From NCBI RefSeq assembly GCF_009914755.1, contig NC_060926.1: a stretch of DNA of 64,000 nucleotides. The stretch is one strand, 5' to 3'. A program made the translations under genes and the position numbers. Under the pieces are notes generated by a model. It searched no databases. It was not told the DNA's origin and worked only from the letters and a program-made list of their open reading frames with translations. The DNA is from the human T2T-CHM13v2.0 reference genome, Homo sapiens. Numbering within the stretch: the first letter of the stretch is position 1; every line of letters starts with the position of its first letter. Shown here piece by piece: positions 13,461 to 27,500 of the stretch.

Positions 13461-15472
13461 CTGGTCCTTGGTGGGAGGCCTGGACCTTATCTCCCAGTGC
13501 AGAACTCCTCTCCCAGGCTGGGTCTCCCCAAGGAGACTGAGAGTTAACTGTGATAAGTTCTGAAGAACAAGAGTCCCACAGCCACCATCACCACAAGAAG
13601 AGGTCATCCAGGAACTCTGCCAATGGGTAGCAAGGCCAGTCTTGGTGGTGATGGGGAGGTGGGGATGGGAAGGTGGAGACTGTCCCCTCCCCACCCAAAT
13701 CCTGCCTAGTGGCCTCCTCCAGTGCGCCACAAGAGGACTGAGTCTTGGTTGCTCCAGGCAGAAGAAGCTCCTCCCTGCACACCAGAGCTCCTCATTGTCC
13801 ACAGACATGTCTCCCCATAATGACTTTAGTGAATGTGCCCCGAGGGCAAGATGATCATGTATTCCAGAGAGAAAGGAATACCCTCAACCACGCCTCCTGG
13901 GGGGTGGGGATGGCCAGGACCATTGTGGTGCTCCTGCTGGCTCCATTATAAACAGGGACAATGAGGTCAAGTTACACAGGAGTCCATATGTTCCACTGAA
14001 ATTAGCCACAGGCCTCGATGCAGTCCGGTCTCAGAAAGAAAGTCACGACCTGTGCCCATTGTGAACATTTGATGCTAGCCAGGCCAGGAGTGGGAGCCAG
14101 CGGGGTGTGGGTCAGACCTTGACATCTCTGCCTCTTTTAGAGCCACAAAGCTGCTAGCAGCAGAGCAGATACAGTTTGTGGCAAGAAAATGAGAGAAGCA
14201 CAGCGTTTTCATGGATCACAGGCATGGGGGAAAAGACACTTCAACTCCGTTGTGTGCTGACAGCTCATGTAGCCTGTCCCACCACTCCTCGGCTGGTCCC
14301 ACGACCTGAGCCTCTGTCCACGGCCCCCTTCCGTTCAATGGTCTGCATTGTGCAGGAAATATCTTCCTTTTGTTTTTCCAACCATTTATACCTCGGCTCA
14401 TTTGTTTTCTATTCTTGGGAGCAATTCATCTGCTCTTGGGCCCCACAATGTCTTTCTTCCCTTGATTCCTAGACAAGATGCTTGGACAGGTCCATTGTCT
14501 TAACAGTGGCCAACTCGTGGTATTTAATAAAAGTTGTGCTTTAAAAAGAAAAACCAATGGGGATTCCAGTTTTTATCCATGGTAACTTCTGAGAAATTTG
14601 GTAGTGGTGCTGCTCCTGTGTGGCTTGGCCTTTGTGCTTTTTGTTTGGATTTCAGGGGAGAGTTCCACAGGGATACCTGGGGAAATTTTCCATGATGCCA
14701 AGACAATGGGCAGAGTTCCTCCCCATTCCTCTCTGCCATCCTGGCAGATTGTAAAATTATACTCTATTGCTAGAATGAAGGAGAACTTGTATGGAGAGTC
14801 CTTTCTATTGCTCTGTGGACTACAGCCCTTCATGGTTGTTCAAGAAAAATGGATTTGGGGGCAGAAAGAGAAAAAGGCAGTGAGGTTCAGAGCAGTTTGG
14901 GCCCAGGCAGGCTCATATATGGAAGGGACAGAGGCTTACAATAGAAAGTGTTGCAAAGACCTGGCCTGGAAGTCCCAGAAAGGGTCTTAATTGTAAGTCA
15001 TTTTGTCAATGCATCGCAGGCTTTTTTCTGGGTGCACCAGAGAAATTACTGTTGCTGGGATCATTAGGGGTGCAATTATCCCAGTTATTAATACACCACC
15101 AAACGTGGGAGGGGAGGGCGTGCTCAGCCCCATCCATGGGCTCCCCAGCTGCAGGTTTTCATTTCCCAACAGCACAGGAGGTCTCGTAGGGATCCACAGA
15201 ATTGTCAAGATAACTACTGGCATCTCTTGGCTCCAACAGAGACTTGCACAGTATTATAGACAGAGGAAATGCCATTGAAGAAGTGGCTGTAAGATTCTTC
15301 AGGGTTGGGTCTCCTTGGATCTCTCACACTTTTTCCCTCAAAAATGTGTCACAGGTAAAGTAAGTATTTCCAAACAAAGCTTCAGGGTAGCATAAAAAGG
15401 GTCAGACTCTCCCTGCTCCACACAAGCCATGGGTTTCACGATGTCTATGTATCCATACATGCACGTGCCGTG

Positions 15473-15477
<5 letters not shown>

Positions 15478-15508
<31 letters not shown>
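15478..15508. repeat. (CA)n microsatellite
   Basis: Direct reading. Confidence 0.97.
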
Positions 15509-15510
<2 letters not shown>

Positions 15511-16649
15511 TCCCTTTGAACATGGTCACTGGTGGAGAATGAACGGCCTCTGCTCTAGCCTGAGCATCTGTAAGATGGTCAGGGGATGCCACAGGCCCCA
15601 CTCATCTACAGGGAGGCATCTCATCGAGCCAGACTGCACAAAAGCACCTCCTCAACATGGTGGACGCTCAGCACTCTTGGCAGAAACACTTGGCACTGGC
15701 AGGAAATCTCAGCAGGGCGGCTTGTTTCCGCTCATCAAACACCAGTAGCTTTCACCGAGAGCAGCAGCAAATGGAAGAAATGTGTCTGATCACATCCGGG
15801 CTGTGTGTCAGCACTTTTCCGAGGCAGAGTTAGCTGGATTCTAGCTTTGAAGAAAAGGTTGTTACACTCTCTTTCTGTCCTGCAGTATCAGCCAAGAAGC
15901 AGGTGGCAGGGACTTACCTGACACCCAGCTGCCCTCCCAATGCCCCTGGGACAACCTGAGAGGGTCAGTTGAGAAACAGAAACTAATGACAGAGCCCACT
16001 CTCTCCCTGCTAAACACAGGGCTGCCAGCTACTCAGGAGAAATGAATGCCCAGGGACAAAATACTTGGGCCTCTCTTGTGCCTCCTCTGTGGCCATCCCA
16101 ATAGCTTCCTGTTCATTCTGCTCTTGTTGGTCCCCCCAGCGGCTAGGCAGGGAGGGGAAGCAGAGTGTAGACCCCCATGCCTCAGTATGACTTGCGCCTG
16201 CTCAGCAGCTCCAACAGCAAGACTGGTGAGGAGATGCAATCTGTGAATTATCAGTGGGTCAGGTGCTGGAGGATGCCCAGGCATCCCCCAATAAGTAGCT
16301 GCTCTTATAACCAAGAAGCCACGCTACCCCCCATCATAAGAGGAGTAGGGGAGTAGAACAAAGATACCCTTGACCCCATTCCTTGCACCACAATCTCCTA
16401 CCCAGACTAGAGAAGGAAGTGTCTATTTGCAAGGCGGGATTCGTGTGTTCCACACTTGGATTCACTCCTGTGGGCCCAACTCACCATCCAGAAATACAAA
16501 AGGACTTCTCTGAAGAGTATAAAGCCCCACACTCTTTCAGAGAGCTGCCTTGGAAGGTCAGAACTCTTTTTTAAAAGTGAATTTAAACAGGTCGCCAATA
16601 ACGGCAATCTTTGAAATATACTCCTATGCATCCTGAAGTCAAGAAGAGT

Positions 16650-16944
<295 letters not shown>

Positions 16945-16977
16945 CAAGATGATGTAATATTTGAAAGTGTACTTTCC

Positions 16978-17670
<693 letters not shown>

Positions 17671-18881
17671 TCCTTACTTTGCTTTGGTCCTTTGTGGCAT
17701 GAGTGAGAGAAAGCAAGAGAGAGCTGCGTGGACTTGGTGCTTCTGCTGGGCAGCCCGGTAGCGGAGGCCAGCATGCAGCCATGGGGAGGAGGAAACGAAA
17801 GCAGAAAATGGACTGCAGAGCTCTCAGGAAGGAAGGCTGGAGCCAGCCCTGCTGTCTTGGGCCATGTGTCCTAGGCGCTCCTGCTGAGTAGGGAAGGAAG
17901 ATTTCAGACCAACCTCCCTCCCCACCCCCAACAACAGCCGACTGTTCCTAGACCGTCGCCCCCTCCCCAAAAGCTCGTTCTCCAAGGACAAAGAGAAACT
18001 CAGAGATCTCAACTGCTCCACAAGCCAGTGTGAGGAGAGGCCCTTTATTTCCCGGGGCCTCTGGCTGACTAGCCAAACCAGTCGAGCATGACAACAGTCT
18101 GCCCATTAATGCGAGTGCCAGCCCCAAGCATCTGTTTCTTTCTCTCCTGTTTCCCGTGGGTGGTGGGTGGGGGCTCTCTCCAGCTCCTCTGCACTTTTTC
18201 CTCCTAATCACAATCATTTGTCTTAACAGGGCTGCAAACCACTGTGGCTAAAAAACCCAAGCAGCGCCCGCACAAAGCCAACAGGCACCGGCCTTGCCCA
18301 CATCCCCTGGCTAGCCTAAAGTGAAATTGAAGCAGCCCACTCTGCCATTATCCTCTTTCCTGCTTGTTTCGCAGGGCCTACGGCTACTTTTAGATGGCCA
18401 CACTGCCTGGTGTGGCCTCCAAATATCTGACCACCCCTCCTCCGGTTTCCAAAGGCAAATGCCAGGACCCCATTGACACAAACCCAGTGCCTTAACAATC
18501 TGAAGACCAAAGAACCAGCCTTCACAAGGGGGCCTGGAGGTGCTGTTTAGGCCAGGAGAAAGACTTCGCTCCGGGGGTGGGCTTTCTGAGTGAGTTCCAG
18601 TCTTAATGAAAACCCAAGAGGAGCTTTGGGAAAATGTGAAAGGGGCTAACTGCGGAGGCGGGGGAGCCACCCACGGCCACCCAAGACCACTCACTCTACC
18701 TGCCCTTTCCCACCCCAGCTAAGGGTCCTAGACGGCCACCCTCCACCCAAACCCCCACCCAACACCAGGTTATCAGTCTGGCACCCTTGTCCCTGCTGCA
18801 GGCTGTGTCTACCCCAGGGCCCAGCCTCTAAGCCTCTCTCCTTTGATTCTCCCCGCAGCACCTTCTCTTAACCCCCACTGC

Positions 18882-19271
18882 TGTTATAGGCTGAATTGTC
18901 CCCACCCAACCCCCACCCATATGTTGGAGCCCTAACCCCCAGTACCTCCGAGTGTGACCGCATTTGGAGACAGGGCCTTTAAAGTGGTAATGAAGCTAAA
19001 ATGAAGCTGGTGGACCCTCAGCCAATACAACTGGTGTCCTTATAAGAAGTGGGAGAGACACCAGGGATGTGTGCACACCAGAACAGGCCGGGCAAAGACA
19101 CACGGGGAAGACGGTCCTCTGTAGGCAAGGTCAGAGGCCTCAATAGAAACCGGCCCTGACAACACCTTGATCTTGGACTTTGAGCTTCCAGAACTGTGAA
19201 GGAATACATTGCTGTTGTTTCAGCCACCTAGTCTGTGATATTTTGTTCTAACAGCCTGAGCAGGTAATACA
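18882..19271 (+). mobile_element. MaLR solo LTR (MLT1B-like)
   Basis: TG...CA termini; caccttgatcttggactt; exact 5-bp TSD ACTGC (18877-18881 and 19272-19276). Confidence 0.9.
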
Positions 19272-19991
19272 ACTGCCTGTACTTTCTTTTGAGAATGGCC
19301 CAGACCTTGGTCACTGCTCCAGCAGACCCTGCCGGCTGACTGCCACCCAGGGGGAGAATGCGGAGGGATGGAAAGGGAGCCCACACTGTTCCCAACCCAG
19401 GCCCCACCCACCCTACTGTCCCGAGCCACCTTCCACCAGGACGTCTGTGGGGCACCCTGTCCCCTGGTCCCTCCCAGCTCGGTGGCAGGGTCTCCTCTGG
19501 CTTCACCTGATGGAAGGTGACTCCCAGTCTCCTTCTAGCCAACAGGACCACGGATGCATTAGGCCCCCTCAGAAGCAAGCAGTGCATGGGGATCCATGCT
19601 GAGATGAACAGTCCCCGGTGCAGAGCAGACGGTGTCAAGCTCTGGAGCGGAATGGGAAGAAGAGACTGCCAGCAGGGTGTCTCCAGGCACAGGGAGGCCT
19701 CTGGAAGGACAGAGGTAGGAAAGGTGACTGTGGGCCCGTGGGGTGGCTCTGAGCAGCAGCAGGCTTCAGACCCGTGCATGCGACCCTCTTTTCTGCCTCC
19801 TTGGCCACCTCAGGCTTCCTCCTTCCCCTTCCCCGAGGCATCAGCCAGAGAGGCCCTGGGACTCAGTGACCTTTAACTCAAGGCAGCCAGGCCAGGAGCC
19901 AGCGTTCTATCCCTCCTGGGATCCAACAGCAACATGGACAATCATTTCAGGACCTTTCTCTTTCACCCCTGAGACCCTGTCCCAGGTCCCT

Positions 19992-20463
19992 TGTATTCAC
20001 TTCCTATTAGGGCAACAAATTGCCACGCATTTAGCCGCTTGAAACAGTACACATTCCTTCTCTTCCTTTTCTGTAGGCCAGAAGTCTGACATGGGTCTCA
20101 CTGGGTTGAAACCGATGTGAGGGCAGAGCTGCGTTCCTTTCTGCGGGGAGGACCTGTTTCCATCGCAGTTCCAGCTGCCCACGTTCCTTGGCTGGTGGCC
20201 TCTGCCTCCATCTTCAAAGCCCGAAGTAGCAGTCTAGGCTTCTTCACATTGTGTCATCTGACTCTGACTCTCTTCCCCCCTCTTTCACTCACAATCACAG
20301 TCCCTTGTAATTGCACTGGGCTCTCGCAGGTGACTGAGGATTATCTCTTAAAGTCAGCTGACTACTAACTCTAAATCCCCCTCGCCACGTAACATGACAT
20401 AGCCTCTGGGTCCGGGGATTGAGGCGCAGACATTACCGGGAGGCCATAATCCTGCTGATCACA
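19992..20463 (-). mobile_element. MaLR solo LTR (MLT1D/C-like)
   Basis: ttctgtaggccagaagtctgacatgggtctcactggg...cctccatcttcaaagcc. Confidence 0.85.
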
Positions 20464-21697
20464 CACCTAGGTTTACATTTCTGGGCGTTCTCCCTTCCCA
20501 GGGAGAACAAGAAGAGAGAACAGTAGGAAAGTTATTCTGCCCCCTTCCTCATCCTTCTCTGCCATCCCCCACCTCACTTCCCCTTCACAATAAGCCCCAT
20601 AGCTCAGCTCACCAGCGTGAAACAGCATCCACAGACTCCAGAGTACCTATCTGGACCCACGGAGCACTGTCTCCAGACACCTGTCTGTGTGCCATGTGCT
20701 GTCCAGACCCACGACTGGCCATAGGAACAGATGTCTGCTGCCGATGGCTAAGGATGTCAGGCTCTTTCCCCTGGGCCTCACAGGGAGGGCCTCACTCTGG
20801 GTGAAGAATCTCATTTCTCAACCTTTGGGATTAGGAGGGTCCAATCATCCAGAAGTGGTTTTTTTCCTGAGAGACCTAAGCCCACTGAAATTCCAGGTTG
20901 CTACTCCCAGAGGCAGGGCAGACTAGGCACACATGTCAGAACCTCTCTTTCCCAATACGGAGCCACGGGCTGTTTGGTGAGCATAGAACCACAGGAAAAA
21001 GAATTTAGGTTGTCTGGAAGGGATGTTTCCATCCATCATGGAAGCTCGATGACTCACATTTTCCCAGCATCCAAATACTCTTGTTAAGCGGCCTGTGAGT
21101 TTCCCACTGAGTGTTTTAAATAAATGCTTTATACATACACCCTCTCCCACCCCCACAGCTCCAGGATGACCCCAAATGTGCGATTTCTTCATCCTTACCC
21201 TGTCAAAACACCCTCAGTACAGCTCCCCAGAAACCACATCCCCTTATGCAAGGCACACGCTGCAGCTTCATCCATCCACAGGCATCTGAAGGAGCGACCA
21301 GCTTCCAATGAGGGGTCCGGCGGGATGAGAGAGCTGGGGGAGGCACGTCCACCTCGTAACCTTGTCCCTAGTTAAGAACTTCTCTTGTGTGCTTCAAGAT
21401 AGAACTACAGAATGAGAAAGCTGGACGTTGGAAGAGGGACCCCAACATTTATCTAGTCCAATCCCACTAATTTCCTAACTAGGAAACTGTAAAAACAGTT
21501 TTAAAAGTTAAAGGTTGTACAGAATCATTACTGTCGTCATCTTCATCACCATCACCATCGCCATCACCATGATTTCATAAACCTGGATTCCACAGTCTAC
21601 CGATGAGTCACTTCATTCAGGGTCTTTTCTAAGAGACTGGTTTTTCCCACCTCCCTTTATGTAGGGTCCCTATGAACTCCTTCTGGCTGCTAGAGGG

Positions 21698-22077
21698 TGC
21701 TCTGGTCTGAATGTTTGTGTACTCCCACCAAATTCATATGTTGAAACCCAACCCCAAGGCGATGGTATTAGGAGGTGGGGCCTTTACAAGGTGATTGGGT
21801 CATGAGGGTGGAGCCCTTAGGAATGGGATTAGTGCCCTTACAAAAGAGGCCTGAGGGCACTCGCTCGCCCTTTCCTCCATGTGAAGACTGCACAGTAAGG
21901 AGCCATCTGTGAAGCAGAGAGCCCTCACCAGACACCAAAGCTACACCTGTAGATCGGCATCATTTGATCTTGATCTTGGACTTCCCAGCTTTCAGAACTG
22001 TAAGTAATAGATTCCTGTTGTTTATAAATTACTTAGTCTAAGGTATTTTGTCATAGCAGCTCCAACAGACTAAGACA
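21698..22077 (+). mobile_element. MaLR solo LTR (MLT1A0-like)
   Basis: tgctctggtctgaatgtttgtg...gactaagaca; exact TSD GAGGG (21693-21697 and 22078-22082). Confidence 0.92.
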
Positions 22078-22249
22078 GAGGGAGAAAGGGGATGGCCTCA
22101 AGTTCAGGAGCATCTCTGTCTTCTGAGCGCTATTTCTCAGAAGGGCCCCCAGGGGTACGCTCAGGCCTCCATCTCCCCCAGTTGTGGGGCTCTGCACATG
22201 GGCTACAGGTGAGGGGACAGCCAGTCAGTTTTAACGAATCACTGATGTA

Positions 22250-22430
22250 CATGGAGCACACTGCAGTCCAAACCCTGGTGCTTTTTAGGTGGTAACTCAT
22301 TTAATCATCATACCAACACTTTGCAAGAGAGGAGCTCGAGATACAGAGAGGATAAGTCACTTGCCAAGGTCAAGGGACTGGCAAGGGGCAGAGCCAGGAT
22401 GCAAATCCAGGGTCTAACCCCCATCTCCTG
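22250..22430 (-). mobile_element. MIR
   Basis: aactcatttaatc...cagagaggataagtcacttgccaaggtca. Confidence 0.75.
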
Positions 22431-23404
22431 TCTGCATTTCTGATTGGGTGCAGAACATTCTAGGACCCAATTTTCCACCCTTTCTCCTTTTTCTCTCTCA
22501 CAGCTAATCATCCCCCTTCCCCACAGGGCTGCCAGGAGGGTGATGAGTCACCTCCATGGGCACACATCCATGCTTTTGCCCACCCCACAAGCCTCCTGGT
22601 AGCTATTTCTGGAGGGAAACTATCTGAGAAGGAGAATGGGAACGGCTGTTTTCAATTCTAAACTCTGACGCAGCCAAAGCCAGCACCCAGCCCAGGGCCC
22701 TACCCTCTTGCTTTTTCCTAAGAGATGATAAAGATGGTGTTGGTGGTGATGACAGTCAGAGGGAAGCAGGAGACTGAGGTGCCAGGAACAGGGCAAGATA
22801 AACTGAGTAAGACTGCAATTTGCTAAAGCCTACACCAAAATCTTTGCCAGCCACAAAATTGCTATGCTCATTTGAGTTGGATTTCCATTCCAGCTCAAAT
22901 GCTCTGTACAGCCATCCTGGGACCTTCCCAGGATCCAGGGTATGGAGCCTTAGGGGACTCTCACTCCCCCTGTGCCCACAGAGGCCCTGATGCCTGGAGC
23001 GTGGGCACCGCCTCTGGGAGGCTCCAGGGTGCCTGGAGTCTCCTGGAAGCAGAGAGAAGCTTTCAGCTGTTCCCACCCCTTGGATCAGTTTCCAGCTTGA
23101 GACAACGTGCTTGTCAAAGCCCCTTGGAATTGCCAGAGTAGGTACAGTCTAAACATTCATGTAGTTACAGGATAATAATTACACCTTCCATGCACATAAC
23201 ACCTTTCTTCCCCAGAGCAGCCGGCTTCTCACATTATCTCATTAATCCTCCTGTCCCTGGGAGGCAGGGAGGACACAGCGTGACTACCCTGAGTGAGAAG
23301 GGAGAGTGAGGGAGACAGAGAGAGAAGGTACTTGCCCGGGGTCACACTCTTAGTCGCATGCTTCAGGTGTAGGCTGTGCTGGGTCCTTGGCCAGAAATCA
23401 GAAA

Positions 23405-23600
23405 AATCATAATGGTGGTCCTCAACTGAGTGCTTTACTCAGTTGACCCTAGGCAGTCATTAGCATAGTTTCCCTCAGTCCTGGCAATGGCCTCGTGAGG
23501 CTGGGATTATTCTGGTCTCCTTTACAGATGGCGGAACTGAGCTCAGCGAGGTGCAGCTCCTTGCCAGGGGTGTGGTAGGCAGGACGGCTGGGCTGCACGT
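23405..23600 (-). mobile_element. MIR
   Basis: tttacagatggcggaactgagctcag. Confidence 0.65.
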
Positions 23601-24284
23601 ATTCCACCCTCTGCAGCAGACCCCAACAGCCTGCTCCCGAAGCTGGTCTTCCTCCCAGAGCAACACCAGGTAACCAAAGGCAGAGCACGTTTAACAGGGA
23701 GGGTTGACCCCCTCCTCTGGCCCCTGGGAGGTCAGAGCAGTAGCTGAGCGACCAGGAGGCAGAAAAAGCGGCTCATTATGTAGTCTTATGGAATCTATAG
23801 AAAAGACCTAATTCACTGAGAGCTGCACCCCACCCCCACCCCTCCTCCAGTCCCATTCCTGTTTCCTGGCCCATCCTTTTGACACAGGGACAATTACTGC
23901 TATTCATGCCCACCCCAAGGCCACCTGCCACTGACCCATTCTCATGCACATGGAGCTAAAGATCAGGCACAAAGCAGGCCAATCTGAGGTTTTCCACCAG
24001 ACCTAGGAGGGGACCCTCTGTACACCCCCCACCCCTCACCCCCACCGTCAGCATTCAGGGCAGCCAGGCGTCTGCAAATTCCAGGAGGCTGCCTGGCCTG
24101 GGAGACCCATCAAGGAACTGGCTGCTGGGGACTGCCAATGCCTGCTCGTCCACACCAAGGCCTCACATCAGTGTGGGGAGGTTCAGCCCACAAGAAACTG
24201 GTCTTTGGAATGAAGGCTGGGGTGGTGATCCTAGACAAACCCATGCTTTGGGAGCCCCAAGTCCTGACTCCCACACACAGATCC

Positions 24285-24468
24285 CTAGAGGTGGCTCACT
24301 GGAGCAGAGTGTTCAGTTTCTGGAAATTTTGTGAGATGGTTGATGTCACACTGGTAGCTTGAAATCAGCTACCAATTTGGGAGTAGTAATGCCATGTTAA
24401 TGGCCAAAGCCACAAATCGGCTCCGCCCTCTCCCAGCCAGCTGTTAAACGTTTACCAGCACGCCACTG
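24285..24468 (-). mobile_element. MER63-like hAT element
   Basis: Ends with gctgttaaacgtttaccagcacgccactg; contains ggtagcttgaaatcagc. Confidence 0.75.
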
Positions 24469-24835
24469 TCTGGGGGTCAGATACTGCACCCTTCCTAGAG
24501 CATCTGGGAAGTCCGAAAAACAATGGACAAGATCTCAGGGCAGCCAGGCCGTGAGTAAGCGGCAAACTTATTTACAGCTAACACTGTCTTCCTGATGGGT
24601 TTCTGGGAATATTCTGCCACCTTGCAGAAATGTTGCCTCTAAGCTCCTTCTTCAAAAGAGGTGTTATTTGGACCACAGAATGAATTCTTGGCATGGCGAG
24701 GTTGTGGCTGGCAGATCTTTGTGCTATCACTCACACTAGCCCAGGCACAGAAGCATACCTTCTTCACAATTCTTGCAAATTTTTGGTGAATTAAATTAAA
24801 CTAAATTTTTTTTTTTTAATAAAAAGGAAGTTTCA

Positions 24836-25126
24836 GGCTGGGCGCGGTGGCTCACACCTGTAATCCCAGCACTTTGGGAGGCCAAGGCAGGCAGATCATG
24901 AGGTCAGGAAATCGAGACGATCCTGGCTAACACTGTGAAACCCCGTCTCTACTAAAAATACAAAAAATTAGATAGGCGTGGTGGTGGGCGCCTGTAGCCC
25001 CAGCTACTCGGGAGGCTGAGGCAGGAGAATGGCGTAAACCCGGGAGGGCAGAGCTTGCAGTGAGCCCAGATTGCGCCACTGCACTCCAGCCTGGGTGACA
25101 GAGCAAGACTCCCCCTCAAAAAAAAA
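24836..25126 (+). mobile_element. AluY-like
   Basis: atcctggctaac, agaatggcgt, gagcttgcag; TSD-like gaagtttca. Confidence 0.95.
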
Positions 25127-26070
25127 GAAGTTTCAGTTTGTTCTAGTTGAATCAACTTACAGCTGTCAGGGGCAAAGTTTGATAAAGAAAAGTTTATCCG
25201 GCTGGCTATAATTCATTGGCTGCCTTTGAATTTGGGGTAATGACAAGGCCTCTCCCTGCACAGCCCTGAGAGCCCTTCCTGTAGCTGGAGCTTCCTTTTG
25301 GCAACTGAAGAACTTCTCAGGATTCTTCTCCAAGTGACGTTAAATGGCCCAGCTGATTTTATTAAAACAATCATAATTGTTTCCTGCAGAAAACAGGAGA
25401 GTAACAGAATCTTACATAGGTTGTTTTGGAGGTGATTTCCTGCTGGAATGCCTCGTGAGTAAGCCTGGGGACAGTGACATGAACAGCTGCCTCCCTAGGA
25501 CGTTTCTTTATGCTTGCGTATAATAAAGTAATTAAGAAATATGAATAAACGGCAACTACTGCCAAAACCTCCAAAATACCATCAGTTTCAACTGCTATGC
25601 CTTAGGGAGACATCTTTTTCACCCTGTTTGTTCCCAACTCTGAGCCCTTATCCATGTAGACTCTTCACACCCCCAATTCCCAAATGTCCCTGCAGCTCCC
25701 ATCCCCTGTGGCTGGCGGCAGAGGCAGCGCTGGCTTTCCACAGGCTCCCTGAGGACTCCAGGCCTCTTCAACGCCTCCCTCATGCCTGCCTTTTCTCTGG
25801 ACTGTACATTGGAACATCCTTATCTCTCCAACTAGGCGGGAGGAGACATAAATGTCATTCACCCCTGCAACAGATAGTTCTAGACATTGGGGTAGACAAT
25901 GGAGATTCAGCAAAGAACAAGAGGAAACTGTCCCTGAGGCAGACAGATGAGTACATACATAGAAACGTTGGGGCACGTCTGAGAGGGATCCCTACCCTCA
26001 ACTTGACACACCAACGAAGACTTCCCAGGTTCCAAGAGCAACCTGAAGGGTGAGTAGAAAATATCTAGAT

Positions 26071-26403
26071 CAGGGGTTAGCAAACTTTTTCTGGAAAGTC
26101 CCCGCTATTCCAGATAGTAAATATTTCACTTGGGCTTTGTGGCTTTACGGTCTTCATGGTGGTAGCTACTCAATTCTGCCCTTGCAGCGCAAAACCTGCT
26201 GCAGGCACCATGCAAACAGATAAACATGGCTGTGTTCCAACAAAACTTCATTTATGGACACTGAAATTTAAATTCATATAATGCTCGAGCGTCACAAAAT
26301 CTTCTTTTGATTTTTTTTGTGGGGGCTACCATTTAAACATGTAAAAATCATTCTTAGCTCTTGAGCTGGATTTGACCCACGGGCAAATACTCTCCGACGC
26401 CTA
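26071..26403 (+). mobile_element. MER58B-like hAT MITE
   Basis: caggggttagcaaacttttt...ggctgtgttccaac...tttatggacactgaaattt...ggatttgaccc. Confidence 0.85.
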
Positions 26404-27029
26404 TTAACTCTGTGACCTTAGGCAACCTTGCTGAGACTCCATTCGCTGACCTCTGATCCAGAGGTAGGGTGCTGGCGTGGAAGTGGGGGCTGGGGTTCAG
26501 GGTTTGCAGGCTGAGGGATGGTATGGAGGGAGTGGAGCAGGAGGTGAGCCTACACGGAACCCTGGAAACCCTGGAAAGGAATTTGGACTTTACCCTGTGG
26601 GTCAGAGATGGGTTCTCATTGGGGGAGTCGCTTGTTAAACAAATATTTATCAAGTGCCTACTGAATGCCTGGCACTATCTGGGGGGCCACTTTAGATTGG
26701 GTAGCCAGGAAAGGTTTTCTGAGGAGGTGGCGTTTGAGCTGAGACCTAAATTACAAGACAAGGTTTATGGAGTGACATAGCCTTTAATTCTTACAATTAT
26801 CTCTAAGGAGTGATGAACCGATCCTCATTTTACAAGGGAAGAAACGGAGTCTCAGCAAGGTTGCCTAAGATCACAGAACTAATAGGCATCAGAGAGTATT
26901 TCAACCGCTCTGGGTTCAAACCCTGCCCCTGGCATTTTTTAACTAAGTAACCTTGGCTAGTGACCTCACCTCAGAGTCCCTGCACACTAATAATGAGTTC
27001 CTCTTTTCTCCATCAAGAAGCAGATCTAG

Positions 27030-27500
27030 TGATATTTATACATTAAAGAAATATGTATTGAAGACCTACTATGTGCTAGGACTGTTCTAGGTGCCTGGGA
27101 CAATGAACAAGGTAGTGTCTGGGTCAGCGAACAAAACAAAGATTCCTGTACACACAGAGGATGGGGAGGGAGGGCTGGAATTTTAGATGGAGTAGTCAAG
27201 GTAAACCTTATTGCAAATGTGGCATTTGAACAGACTCAAATGAGATGAGGGAGTTAGATGTGCGGATATTTTGGAAATGAGTTCCAGGCAAAGGGATGAG
27301 CCAGTGCAAAGGCCCTGAGGCTGGTTGCATGCATGGTGTGTTCAAGGCCCAGCTAAATCAGTGTGGCTGGAGTAGAATGAGGGATGTGGAGAGTGGTAGG
27401 AGATGGGGTCTGAGAGGTGATGTGGCCATGGTGGGGAAGGGGTCAAGAAAGCTCATGTAGGACCTTGTAGGACACTGTAGACTTTAGTATTCCTCTGAGA
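27030..27500 (-). mobile_element. L2 (L2a-like)
   Basis: tattgaagacctactatgtgctagg...ttccaggcaaagg...gtgcaaaggccctgagg. Confidence 0.85.

Noticed and set aside
19228-19779. 183-aa minus-strand ORF
   Set aside because: No recognisable domain or exon structure; GC-rich chance frame running into an LTR.
25541-26053. 170-aa ORF
   Set aside because: Low-information sequence ending in apparent L2-derived DNA; no homology recognised.
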